A stretch of DNA of 61,995 nucleotides from Basidiobolus meristosporus CBS 931.73 (Eukaryota > Fungi > Basidiobolomycota): contig MCFE01000525.1 in NCBI GenBank assembly GCA_002104905.1, positions 1-61,995 of the forward strand. The letters are read 5' to 3'. The notes beneath the pieces were generated by a model. The model did no database searches. It worked only from the letters and a program-made list of their open reading frames with translations, and was not told where the DNA came from. Positions within the stretch are counted from its first letter, which is position 1. Every line of letters begins with the position of its first letter. The position numbers were made by a program, and so were the translations under genes. Of the stretch, positions 1 through 11,460 are shown piece by piece.

Positions 1-1382
1 TGATGTTTTCTATCACCTCCCTGACAAAAAACACTCACATTTAGAGCCAAAGAGTAGAAAAGGGATCATTCTTGGGTATTCTGAAGCAATCAACACTAGT
101 GAAGATACCTGCCTAATTCCTACAGATACAGAAGAAATTCTATCAGTTCCAAGTCAGGGCAGATTTTACAGTTAGGAAACCTGCTAGAATAAGAAAAGCC
201 CCTGGATCCTGGTGGCAGACATCAAATGATCATCAAGAAGCTTATCTTGTCTTATGTGCCAGACCTCAGAAGCTGAAACAGACAATGCATAGTCTAGATG
301 CTACTATATGGCAATAAGTCATACAGGAGGAGTACCAATCATTGATCAGGGCAAACATTCTCATCATAGTATATATGTGAAGCAGCTTAAAGGGAATGAT
401 ATCCTGATACTTAGTGTTAATGACCTATCAAATGGCTACAAATGTTCAGAAGATACTTAAACAGACAAAATCAGACCACCTTAGCAGGTTTCTGTTCAAG
501 ATCTTTGAAGATTGTGCTATTTTCTTGGAAGTGATGTCTAATCTAACATATCTACACAGAAAACTATGATGAGTCAGTCTATGTACATCAGGGCCATTCT
601 TAGATGCTTCAAGAACAGAAATTGCAAGCCTGCTGGTCACTAACCTAAAACAGAGCAAATCTCAGCCAGTTTTGGGTAAAAGCAGCTCTGATATGGACCA
701 TTACTTACCCTATCAGTAAATGGTTGGTGGCTTAATGTACTTGATGGTGCCCAAATATCTAGATATTGCTGTGGCAGTTGGTATAGTCAGTCAATTTATG
801 CAGAATTATGAATATGATGAAATTACAGCAGTTGAGTGAATCTTCAAAAATCTGCAAGGTACCATTAATATGGTTTGAGTTGCTTTGGAGCAACTAATAG
901 GTGTAGATTTAACAACTATATTGATTTGGATTGGAGCAGGGATCTAACTGACAGATGCTCTACTACTGTATGTGTATCTCTACTTGCTGGTGCATCTATT
1001 ACCTGGAATTGCAAGGCACAATTGATTGTGGGACTATCAAAAATGAAAGCTGAGAATATGGCTGCTTGTCAAGCAACTGAGGCTATATGGCTAAGAAATT
1101 ATTCAAAGACTCACATTTTAATTCAGGTGAGGTAACATGTACTTACAAGGATAATCAAAATGTATTTCATTTGCTAGAAATTGTACTATGAATGCCAGAA
1201 CTATGCACACAGATGTACAACACCACTTTATGAGGAAAGCTATAGAAAATAAGTTAGTAGAGTCAATTTACTGCCCAACTGACCAAATGGCAACATACAT
1301 ATTATTAAGACAACTAGCTTGGCCACAATTTGAGAATCTCAAAGAGTAATTAGGATTTATTAATTATCTAGTAAAGGGAGAG
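1..1382 (+). mobile_element. Degenerate Ty1/copia internal remnant (RT C-terminus, RNase H, PPT)
   Basis: Broken frames give copia RNase H motifs (DWSRD..DR.STT, ...AENMAACQATEAIWLR). A purine tract GTAAAGGGAGAG lies directly before a TG LTR start at 1383. Many stops and frameshifts. Confidence 0.8.
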
Positions 1383-1714
1383 TGCTGAAATAACCAGCTA
1401 TTTGGTATCATTCAGCAATTAAAGATTTATTTAACAACTCTGGACTAGTCTTGGTCACCGTTAAAGTAGCCTAAAGCCATGACTTTGTAACTTTCTTCAG
1501 ATATATGATCTTATGATTATTCCCTCACAGTCAAGATCAAATAAGAAAATTAACCCAACAATATATACTAACCCTGCAACCGTGACAGAATGTGCCTAAG
1601 TGTTGAGGAACCCTCCATACTTGGTGTTGCAGTTGTATTACTTCTACAAAGGTATGAATTCTGAGCTTGTTTTTGAATAAACAAAAGCTCAACTGTCTCC
1701 TGTGGGAAATAATA
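1383..1714 (+). repeat. Copia LTR, family B (3' LTR of the preceding remnant)
   Basis: Starts TG after the PPT. Shares blocks (TTTGGTATCATTCAGC, GGACTAGTCTTGG, TAGTCAAGATCAA, GTTGTATTACTTCTAC) with other copies in the window. End approximate. Confidence 0.7.
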
Positions 1715-2145
1715 TTGACTGTCTTCTGCAAAGCCAGAAACTGACATATTGTTTGTTGTTGCTTTTGGCAGGTAAGACTTAAGCAGATAAAATCATTACA
1801 TGCAGCTGGCCATCTCTTAGAGTTTTCTAAGAGTACTAGATATATGAAAAAAAGAATCAAGGCCCTTGATATTAGCCAAGCACCTGCATTAGTATCTGAA
1901 ATACATAAATTAAATCACATCACCATCCTTGCTAGTTTCATTCCAAGTCTGTTATCCTTTTGTTACATTGGTTTAAGACCTTTTATCTTTGAATTGTTTG
2001 ATGTGTGGCTATTGAGCACTAGCACCTTCTGGAGCACCACAATTTGAGTTACTCAGCCAGTGAGAAAACATACAAGGAAACATTCCCTCAGCAACAGCTT
2101 CATTTGCATGCATGGTCAGCATTCTCCAATTAATCCATTAAACTG

Positions 2146-2512
2146 TGTTATGATCTGCCACTTGAATATCTAAGTTAGATCAGTTTTTAGTCAAATCAAT
2201 TAGTACATGTTTAGGTTATCAGTATATCAGTATTATCTATGAAATCAGTAGCATCAGTCAGCAAATCAATCAGCAGATCCTTATCAGACAGAAGTAGATA
2301 TATTAAGTGGGATCTTATTGGGTGATGATGATGCAATCAAATGAGTCATCAGCCACAACCTACATTAGGAAATACAATTAGTCAGCAATTGATCTGGCAA
2401 AACGTATATAAGGAGCTGCTGGAACCTCAATAAAATCAGTTCAAGTTTTAGTGAATACAATACTAGCTAAACTCCCTATTCCTCTACAACTCTTATACCA
2501 AGACTTGTAACA
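2146..2512 (+). repeat. 5' LTR of the Ty3/gypsy element
   Basis: 367 bp, TG...CA. Aligns with 6718-7085 with about 13 substitutions (mostly transitions) and 1 indel by manual comparison. Contains TATATAA and AATAAA. Confidence 0.95.
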
Positions 2513-2513
2513 T

Positions 2514-2522
2514 TGGTAGCAG
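2514..2522 (+). promoter_or_regulatory. Primer-binding site TGGTAGCAG (initiator tRNA-Met type)
   Basis: Begins 1 nt after the LTR end. Complementary to a tRNA 3' end ...CUGCUACCA, as in initiator tRNA-Met. Confidence 0.7.
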
Positions 2523-2570
2523 CAATAACCAGAAACCTCCCCCCTGAAGAAAGAAGAAACCACCCTCAAG

Positions 2571-5500
2571 ATGTCGGACAATCCAGAATGGAAGAATGCC
2601 ATGCAGCAAATCCTGGCCCAACAGCAACAGTTACTCCAGATCCTCAGCAAACAGCAACAAGGAATGACTACCATGGCTCAGAGCCAGCAAAGCCCTGTTA
2701 AGAGCAACTTTAGTGTGAAGGTCAACCGGTACCATGGCAGAGTCAATGAAAACCTGGGAACTTGGCTCTTTCAGATTGAAGAAGCTTTTAAAGCTAAAGG
2801 AATTGCTCCAGAAAGCAAGTTGCATTATGCAGCTTCTTACCTGGCAGATTCAGCTTTACAGTGGTACCACAACCAGATCAGGTCAGCCACTATGATGGGA
2901 TGCTCTACAATCTCTACCTGGGATGAGTTTGTGTCGGAAATTCAGGATGCTTTTGAGCCTCCACACCAGCAGACACTACTAAGAAGGAAGTTAAAGACAC
3001 TCAGACAGAAAGGAATGGTGCAAGAATACATCTATGAGTACAGATGTCTACTTGGACAAATCGAAAGAATGGACCCCTTGGATCAAGTTGAATACTTCAT
3101 TGATGGGTTGAAAGAAAGAACTTGCAAGGAAGTGAATTACTGAAGACCTCAGACTATTGAAGAAGCCATCAAGATTGCCATTGACTATGACTCAGCTATG
3201 TTTGGAGTTGGGAAGCCTACAGTGACTGATCAGAAAGGCTACAATCATTATGAAAGAAGACAATCAGAAGCAGTACCAATGGAAATAGATGCTATGCAGA
3301 AGAATTCTACCTCAGAAGAATGTAAGAAGAAAGGACTTTGCTTCAATTGCCACCATCAAGGACATATTGCAAAGCACTGCCCTCAAAGAAGAAATGGACA
3401 CCAGGCAACAAGAACCTTCAACCATATTGAGTCCCATGAACACAGTAATGTGGAAGATCAGCTTGAAGAAGACTCAGAACTCACCTTCCATATAACAGAA
3501 GAGTACTTGTCCCAAATGACCTCAAACTCAGGGAAGTTATTGTACTTGAATGGAGTAATTAATGGAGTACCTGCCAAGATCATGATTGACTCAGGAGCAT
3601 TGCATGAGTACATGTTGGAGCAATTTGCCTTGAAAGCTGGAATCAACTCAGAACCTACCAAATCAACTTCAGTCTCCGCAGCTGATGGGAACTCTCACAT
3701 AATCAATCGTATTACCCCGCCAGTAAGAATGAAGATCAATGACTATGAAGAAGACCTAAAGGCTTATATATTTGGGAACTGCAAGTTTGACCTTGTACTT
3801 GAAAAAACCAGGCTATTTTGTCATAATCCATCAATCAACTGGAGAACCCATGCTACTCAGATCCAAAAAGACAACAAGACCTATGAGCTATTACCTGCCA
3901 GGCTGGATTTTAACTTGGTCAATTCCAGTACGTGTGAGACAAGTGAACTTAGCAAGACCCAGTTCTGTAGAGCACTTAGAAAAGGTATCCAGATGTTCCT
4001 CATGGCTGTATTACAGGAGGATTCCGCTACCCCAGCACCCCAGCAGGTCCAGACTCTCTTGAAGAAATATTTGGACGTGTTTCCAGATGAGCTTGTAAGC
4101 CTACCACCAGTCAGAGACGTGGATCATGCCATTGACACAGGAGATAGCCCTCCAGTGAGCAAGACACCTTACAGAATGAGTCCATTGGAACTGGAGGAAA
4201 TGAAGAGACAAGTTGATTAGCTATTGCAGCAAGGATACATCAGGCCAGCAAGTCACCCTGGGGAGCACCAGTGCTTTTTGTGAAAAAGAAGGATGGAACA
4301 CTTAGGATGTGCATTGACTACAGAGCCCTGAGCTCAGTTACCGTCAAGAATAAGTACCCCATACCTTGGATTGATGAGCTTTTGGACCAACTTAATGGAG
4401 CCACTATTCTCAGCAAGATTGACCTCATGTCAGGATACAACCAAATTAGGGTGAAACCAGAAGATATTCCTAAGACAGCATTTAGGACCAGATATGGACA
4501 TTACAAGTACTTAGTCATGAGTCTTGGCCTCACTAATGCCTCTGCAACATTCATGATGCTGATGCATACTGTCTTTCAGGAGTACTTAGACAAGTATGTG
4601 ATAATCTACCTGGATGACATATTGATATACAGTAAGACAGAAGAGGATCACATAGTGCACATTGAAAAGGTCTTGGAGAAGCTAAGAGAGAACAAGCTAT
4701 ATGGCAAGCTAGCCAAGTGTGAATTCTTCAAGAAACACATTGAATATCTGGGACACATGGTGACTAGCACAAGAGTAACCTTAGACCCTAAGAAGGTTGA
4801 AGTTATTAATAATCTGAAGCAGCCCCATAGCATATCAGAACTCAGATCATTCCTTGGAATGGTTTCCTATTATCAGAGATTTGTCAAGTCTTTTGCAAGT
4901 ATTGCAGTCCCTTTAACTGATATCCTCAAGAATGACAATGCCTATAAGTGGGACATAGCTTGTGAAACTGCCTTCCAGATGCTCAAGCATGAACTTGCTA
5001 AGCTGCCAAGCTTAAGAATACCAGACTTCAGAAAAGAGTTCACTCTGTGCACAGATGCTTCAGATTATGCAATTGGTGGAGTGCTGAGCCAAGAACACAA
5101 GGGAAAGGACTACCCTGTTGCCTTTGAATCCAAGAAACTGAACTCAGCAGAACAAAACTATCCAGTCCATGAGAAGGAGATGCTTGCTATAATACACTGT
5201 TTGAAGACATGGAGATGCTATATTGAAGGAGTCAAATGCACTGTGAAGACTGATCATTCCTCCCTCAAGTATATACTTACTCAGAAGGTACTCTCTAGAA
5301 GAATGACAAGATGGAGTGAATACATTCAGCAATTTGACCTGGAGATTGTCTACTGCCCTGGAAAAAACCAACACGGTTGCTGATGCCTTATCAAGATTAG
5401 ATCAAGTTGCACAACTCAATTTGGTGCATGAATCAGATTGGCCTAGCCTATTACCAAAGTACTTGGAGGACCAAGCCATTCCTAATGAGGTGGATGAAGA

Positions 5501-6707
5501 TATCAAGAAGATGAATCCGTGATGAAGCCAGCAAATTTGTTGTACAGGATGAACACTCTACCAAATTGCTGATGGAAGCCCTATTGCCTATTGCCCTTAT
5601 GTTGCTTGCCTGGATTTAATACATAAGCTACAGAATGGATATGGACATCTTGGGATTGAAGGAACCTATAGTCCTTGTGAAAGCCAGAGCATGGTGGTCC
5701 CAGAATGAAACAAGACATTGAGAAGCTAGGTAAAAACATGCCCAAACTGCCACATCAATCAAGGCCAGCCACAAAGAATTGCCAAACTCTTCCCTTTGGA
5801 GCCTGTAAGACCATTTGAGAGATGGGGAATTGACTTTATTGGAAGACTGCCAACTACCAGGAAATGCAACCGTTGGATCCTAGTAGCTATTGACCATGCC
5901 ACTAAATGGCCAGTTGCTAAAGCTGTACCAATAGCCAGTGAACAAGAAGTTGCAAGTTTCATTTACCATGAGATCCTCATGAAGTTTGGATGCCCTGTGG
6001 AGATCTTATCCAATAGAGGTGCAAACTTTATGGCAAAGACATTAGAGGCTTACCTGGAAATGCAGCAGATCAGACACTTGAAAACCTCGGCATATCACCC
6101 CAGAACTAATGGAGTCACTGAGCGGTTTAATGGATTATTTGGAAAAATGCTGACCAAGTATGCAAATGGAGTTGTCAGTAGATGGGATGAGTATATAGAC
6201 CAAGCACTCTTTGCATGCAGAGTCAGAGTACACAACACCACCCAGCAATCACCATTTTACTTAGTTTATGGATGTGAACCAAGAATCCCAGGAGATCTCA
6301 CACAACCAAAGCTTACAGACACCTTAGAAGATGAACTCAGTCAGCCAAGTAGACACCAGCAACTGGAACACAGACATCAAGAGGCACAGACCAAAGTATC
6401 TCAAAGTGCAGAAAAGATGAAGCAGAGATTTGATAAGACTATAGCACCAGAAGCATTGACAGTTGGGAACTTTGCATTGCTAAGAAACAACACTTGGAAG
6501 AAGTTTGAGCCACAATGGACAAGACCATTCAAGATCATCAGAGAATGTCCATTTGCAACTTACCAACTGGTGGACAAACAAGGTAATATCCGGGAAGACT
6601 TAGTGCATAGGGACAGACTCGAGCGTGCAAGACTTGCTGATAATACTGAACCATCAAGATATTGGTATCACAAGAAAAGAGATTCAGGAGAACCCTCTCA
6701 ACTTTAG
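2571..6707 (+). pseudogene. Ty3/gypsy gag-pol, disrupted
   Basis: Retrotransposon gag, CCHC knuckle CFNCHHQGHIAKHC, protease IDSGA, RT YLDD, RNase H TDASDYAIGGVL, integrase WGIDFIG...NGVTERFN. In-frame TGA at 3141-3143 and TAG at 4218-4220, with frameshifts near 4250 and 5380-5800. Confidence 0.93.
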
Positions 6708-6717
6708 TAGGGGAGAA

Positions 6718-7085
6718 TGTTATGATCTGCCGCTTGAATGTTTAAGTTAGATCAGTTTTTAGTCAAATCAATTAGTATATGTTTAGGTTAGCAGTATATC
6801 AGTATTATCTATGAAATCAGTAGCATTAGTCAGCAAATGAATCAGCAGATCCTTATCAGACAGAAATAGATATATTAAGTAGGATCTTATTGGGTGATAA
6901 TGATGCAATCAAATGAGTCATCAGCCACAACCTACATTAGGAAATACAATTAGTCAGCAATTGATCTGGCAAAATGTATATAAGGAGCTGCTGGAACCTC
7001 AATAAAAAGCAGTTCAAGTTTTAGTGAATACAATACTAGCTAAACTCCCTATTCCTCTACAACTCTTACACCAAGACTTGTAACA
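6718..7085 (+). repeat. 3' LTR of the Ty3/gypsy element
   Basis: 368 bp, preceded by PPT AGTAGGGGAGAA (6706-6717). Near-identical to 2146-2512. Confidence 0.95.
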
Positions 7086-7790
7086 AAAGATCTTGGATAA
7101 TTGAGCTATATTTTTGGAATTGAAGTCAAATTTGACATGCTTATGCAGGAAATTATGATGAGCAATTCTAAGTACTTCAGGGACACTCTTAGAAGCTTCA
7201 GAATGGAAAATTGCAAGCCTGCAGCTACCCCTATGGACAATACACTAAGATTGAACAAATCTCAGCCAGTTTTAGATGAAAATGGCTTAATTGTGGACCA
7301 AGCTTTTCCCTATCAATCAACAGCCGGTAGCCTGATGTAATTGATAGTGTCTACATTTTGAGATATTACAATGGCAGCTGGAATAGGCAGTCAATCATGC
7401 AGAATTATGGATCAAATCAAATTACAGCAGTTAGGCAGATTTCAAATATCTGCTAGGCATCATAAATATGGTACTGGAATACAAGGAGCAGCTAATAGGC
7501 AATATTTTGATTGTTTTAGTGATTCATATTGAGTAGGGATCTGATCAACAGAAGCCCTACCACTGCATATGTATTTCATCATGCTGGTCCAGCTATTACT
7601 AAGAATTGCAAGAAACAACCCACTGTGGCCCAGTCTACAACTGAGGCTGCATATATGGCAGCTTGTCAAGCAACTAAGGAACCTGTATGGCTACAAAAAT
7701 TATTCAAAGAGTTAGGTTTTAATTAAGATGTACCATCATGTATTCACAGAGATGATCAAAGTTATATTTCATTAGCTAGAAATCCTAAGG
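7086..7790 (+). mobile_element. Ty1/copia RT/RNase H fragment
   Basis: Begins mid-RT (KDLG.LSYIFGIEVK) and contains KKQPTVAQSTTEAAYMAACQATKE. Confidence 0.85.
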
Positions 7791-8129
7791 GTAGGCGGAA
7801 CAATTTGGATAATAACCAGCAGATATATTAACATCAAGGCACCTATTCCTTTTATATGGTAATGCTAAGCTGTCCCAGTGCATAGGTCATAGCATTTGTA
7901 AGACATAATTTGGTTCTTGCAATAAGAAGCTAGTTTGTCTGAGGGCTACTTGAATGAAGTAAGCCTAGTATCTATAGAGTACAACCAGATTTCTACATTT
8001 TAAAAACAAAATATACATCAAAGCAACTAGAGTGAGCTGATCAGAGGGACTAGAATCCTACAGGGACAATGGATGTTTATCACAACCAAAGTAGTAGTTT
8101 GTAGTTAAGGAACTTACTGTGAGGTAGTA

Positions 8130-9800
8130 GTGCTATTCAAGCTGTTGTTTCTTCATGGAGTACCTCAGTATAAGCATTGTTGTAGAGGCAGTATAGCTAT
8201 AATACTAGGCTAGGAGAATTTTGCAATAGTCAAGAGTATTCAGTAAAGTTTCAGGGTAAATACATAGTGTTTGGCAAAATATTAATTTAAATTTGACTAT
8301 AGGGGAATAATTATGGATCATAGATATGAAAGAAAGTGCCCAAGTTAGGGCAGTATACTAGTCCTACAGCAACTAAGACCACACTAGAACTGCTAAGTGC
8401 ATATTTAGCTGCTGAGTGATACTGCATAGTCCTATATCTCAATACTCACCATTATTGAGTAAATTCTTGATCCCAATCTCACTTTAAGATTCTCAAACTA
8501 CAGCCTAGTTAGTGGTTTGCTGATATCTTGGTTATCATTTTGTCAGTTTAGTGGTACACTAATTCTATAAAGTCACCTTCTACAGCTTCACTTACAAAGA
8601 GGTGTTGTCATATATGTGCTCAGTTCCAACAAGATTAGTAGCATTTCTTGCTAATGAGATATCTGTTGGAACATTGGAGAGAGGAATTGGAAATGAATGA
8701 GATTTAGAAGCCACTCATGATATAAACTTATTCCATTGATTTGAAATATAATATTTTAATTTGTTGTAAAACTGTGTAAATGTTACTACTTGGCCACCAT
8801 GAGGGAAGTCTTAGGAGGTCACATGGCAAGTTCAACCCATTGACACAAGTTTCAGAGTTTCTTAAAATTCTGTACTCCCCTTACTGCAGATAAGTGGCAT
8901 ACATCTAACAAGCCACTCTCTAAGTTAACACTGTGAAAAGCTCCACCTGTGTGCTATTTCATACAGCTCCTTTTAGGCTGCTTCACCAATATTTAGTGAT
9001 CTTCCATGCTTAAGATGAGCTCAATCACCTCAAAATATGTGTCAATTCTACTATACCATGCTCTGGATGCCTTTTCAAGGTCATACAACAGTTTGTGAGT
9101 CTTTACACCTTTTAGAGGCATTTCTGATGGTAGAACTCTCTTGTCACTCCATTCACATATAATATTTTGCAGATCTGTGTTTCCAAAGGCTGAACTGGGA
9201 GCTATTAGATGTTGATGTGAGCTCTACGCAGCTACCTATTGCAATTTAAGAAGTGCTTTGAATATTAAGAGCTTATAAGGAGTTTATGATCATTATTGAA
9301 CTTCTGTTTGCTGATAAAGGAGCACGTTAATTCTATCTTTGTAGAAGTAATACAACTGTATTGCCAAGTAAGGAGGGTTTTGCAACATTCAGGAGCATTC
9401 TATAACAGCTGTTGGGCCAGTACATAATGTTATGTAAAAGTACTAGTTAGATCTTGAATATAGGGTAATAATCATAGGATAATAGATCTGACAAAAGCAG
9501 CAAAGTTACAATATAGATTAGTCCTACAGTGACCATGAGTAATCCAGAATTGTTAGGTAGATCTTTAGCTGCTGAATGATCCCAAATAGTCCAATGTTTC
9601 AACACTACCAAGGCTAGAGTACTAACCTAGTTTTTGTACTTATCCATGGTACAATATGCGGTTATATTGATCTTGCAGACCAATCTACATCTTATTTGCT
9701 CTTTCTCAGGTGGCAAATCTACCAGTTCCCACATTAATGCCTTGATCAGCAATAAGTACTCCTCCTGAATGACCTGTTACCATTAAGTAGCATCTGGACC
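8130..9800 (-). mobile_element. Nest of minus-strand copia fragments with family-B LTRs at ~8130-8444 and ~9290-9604
   Basis: Reverse-complement matches to the family-B LTR. Copia RNase H end at ~8445-8680 and RT fragments at ~8900-9180 and ~9630-9800. Confidence 0.65.
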
Positions 9801-9809
9801 TTTTTGAAA

Positions 9810-10300
9810 GAGTTGACTAGTTGGCAGCATTCAGTAGCTAGGAGCTTACTTAGCAATTCTGGACTAGTCTTAGTCACTGCAGGGCTCATTCACACCCCTA
9901 ACTTTGCCACTTGCTATCAGATCATTGATCTTGTGATTACTTGCCTATAGTCAAGATCAAGTTTGCACACTTACCAAACATTAGTATTCATGCTAAAACT
10001 GCTACAACCTGTTGCAATTTAAGAAGTATTTGATATTAGAAACTTATCAAGGAATGGCTATAAAAGTTTAACTGTTTTCTATTCATAAAAAGTGCAGTAT
10101 TCATGGTGCAGCAGTATGGTTTTTCAATCATAAGGAGCATCCAGTTGAGTTTCAGGGTTAACATATAATGTTTGGCAAACATTTTAACTTAAACCTCACT
10201 ATAGGGGAGCAATCATAGATTATTGATCTGAAACAAGGTAGCAGAGTTGGGCTGTAAATGAGTGCCACAGAGACTAAGACTACACCATATTTATCAGTAG
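9810..10300. repeat. Two partial family-B LTRs (+ at ~9810-10010, - at ~10070-10300)
   Basis: Shared blocks CTGGACTAGTCTTAGTC and CTATAGTCAAGATCAA, and their reverse complements. Confidence 0.55.
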
Positions 10301-11089
10301 ATTCTTAGGATTTTTAATAGTTTTGGATTTCAAAGGCATATTGGTTGAGTTCCAAATGGCAATTTGCAGTTATTCAAGTAGTATTTGTACAAAAACCAAG
10401 ATGCATATGCCACATGCAATCCATGATATATGGCAACACTGCAAGCATCAAATTAGCCTGCCAAAAAGCTGAGGTGATGAAGTGTGTCATTTGCAGCAGG
10501 TTCTTTCATACAAGATGTTAGTTAGTTGAAGGCATTAGATTTCTTGGATACAATAGCATTGTGCAGGACAAGCTGTAGGCCAACATGCTACCATGATATT
10601 CCCATGGAGTACTGCAAAAATGTTGCCAAAAAGCCACCAATTTTTTGTCATATAAGAAAACCTCATTTATTAGCAAGCTGAAGCTTCTAAAAGAAGTGGT
10701 ATGAATTAAGACAGCCTGAATGCATTGCAAACCCTGAACAAACAATGTCAAATGCCCATCAAGAATATGGGCAGTAAAGAGAACAAGGCACCATCACAGT
10801 ACTGCTGCAGGATTGTCAGCAAGGGCAATGGCTCAATGGTGCTGGCCTTCAGAGGCCTCATCTCAGGCTTGGACAACTGATCCAGGCTAGATTCACCAAA
10901 AGATCTTATTTAACTTTACACAGGGAACTGATTTTGCTCAAAAATTATGTGATAATTAACAATCATGTAACATTTGTTTGGTTTGTTTGCATGATCTGAT
11001 GCTGAATTTTGCTGTGGTAATTAATTAATAAAAGCTTTTTGATCTAGGGTGATGTTGCAATTCAAGAAGTGATGTGTATATAAGGAACT

Positions 11090-11420
11090 TGTTAGGAAAT
11101 AGTGATAATAGTTGAACTGCTCTTTATTCTTAAAGAGTCTCACTATTTATACCTGTGTAGAAGTAATACAACTGTAACACTAAGTAAGAATGGCTTCTCA
11201 GCACTCAGGAGCATTCTATAACAGTTTTAGGGTCAATAATAATATATGGTAATTTTGCTAATTTGATCTTGACTATAGAGGAATAATCATAGGAAAATGC
11301 ATCTGAAGAAAGTGGCAAAGTTACTATTGTAAGTTAGTCCTACAGCAGCCAAGACTAGTCCATATTTGTAAAGTAAGTTTTTAGCTGCTGAATGATACCA
11401 AATGGTCCAACATTTTAACA
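11090..11420 (-). repeat. Family-B 3' LTR on the minus strand
   Basis: Minus strand reads PPT TTGAGGGGGAG then TGTTAAAATG...TTCCTAACA. Confidence 0.8.
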
Positions 11421-11460
11421 CTCCCCCTCAACTCAATAATTTCTTAATCCTAATTACAAT

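Larger units (their letters stand above)
2146..7085 (+). mobile_element. Ty3/gypsy LTR retrotransposon, full-length structure but pseudogenised
   Basis: Paired LTRs (2146-2512 and 6718-7085, TGTTA...TAACA), PBS, PPT, and domain order gag-PR-RT-RH-INT. Confidence 0.95.
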
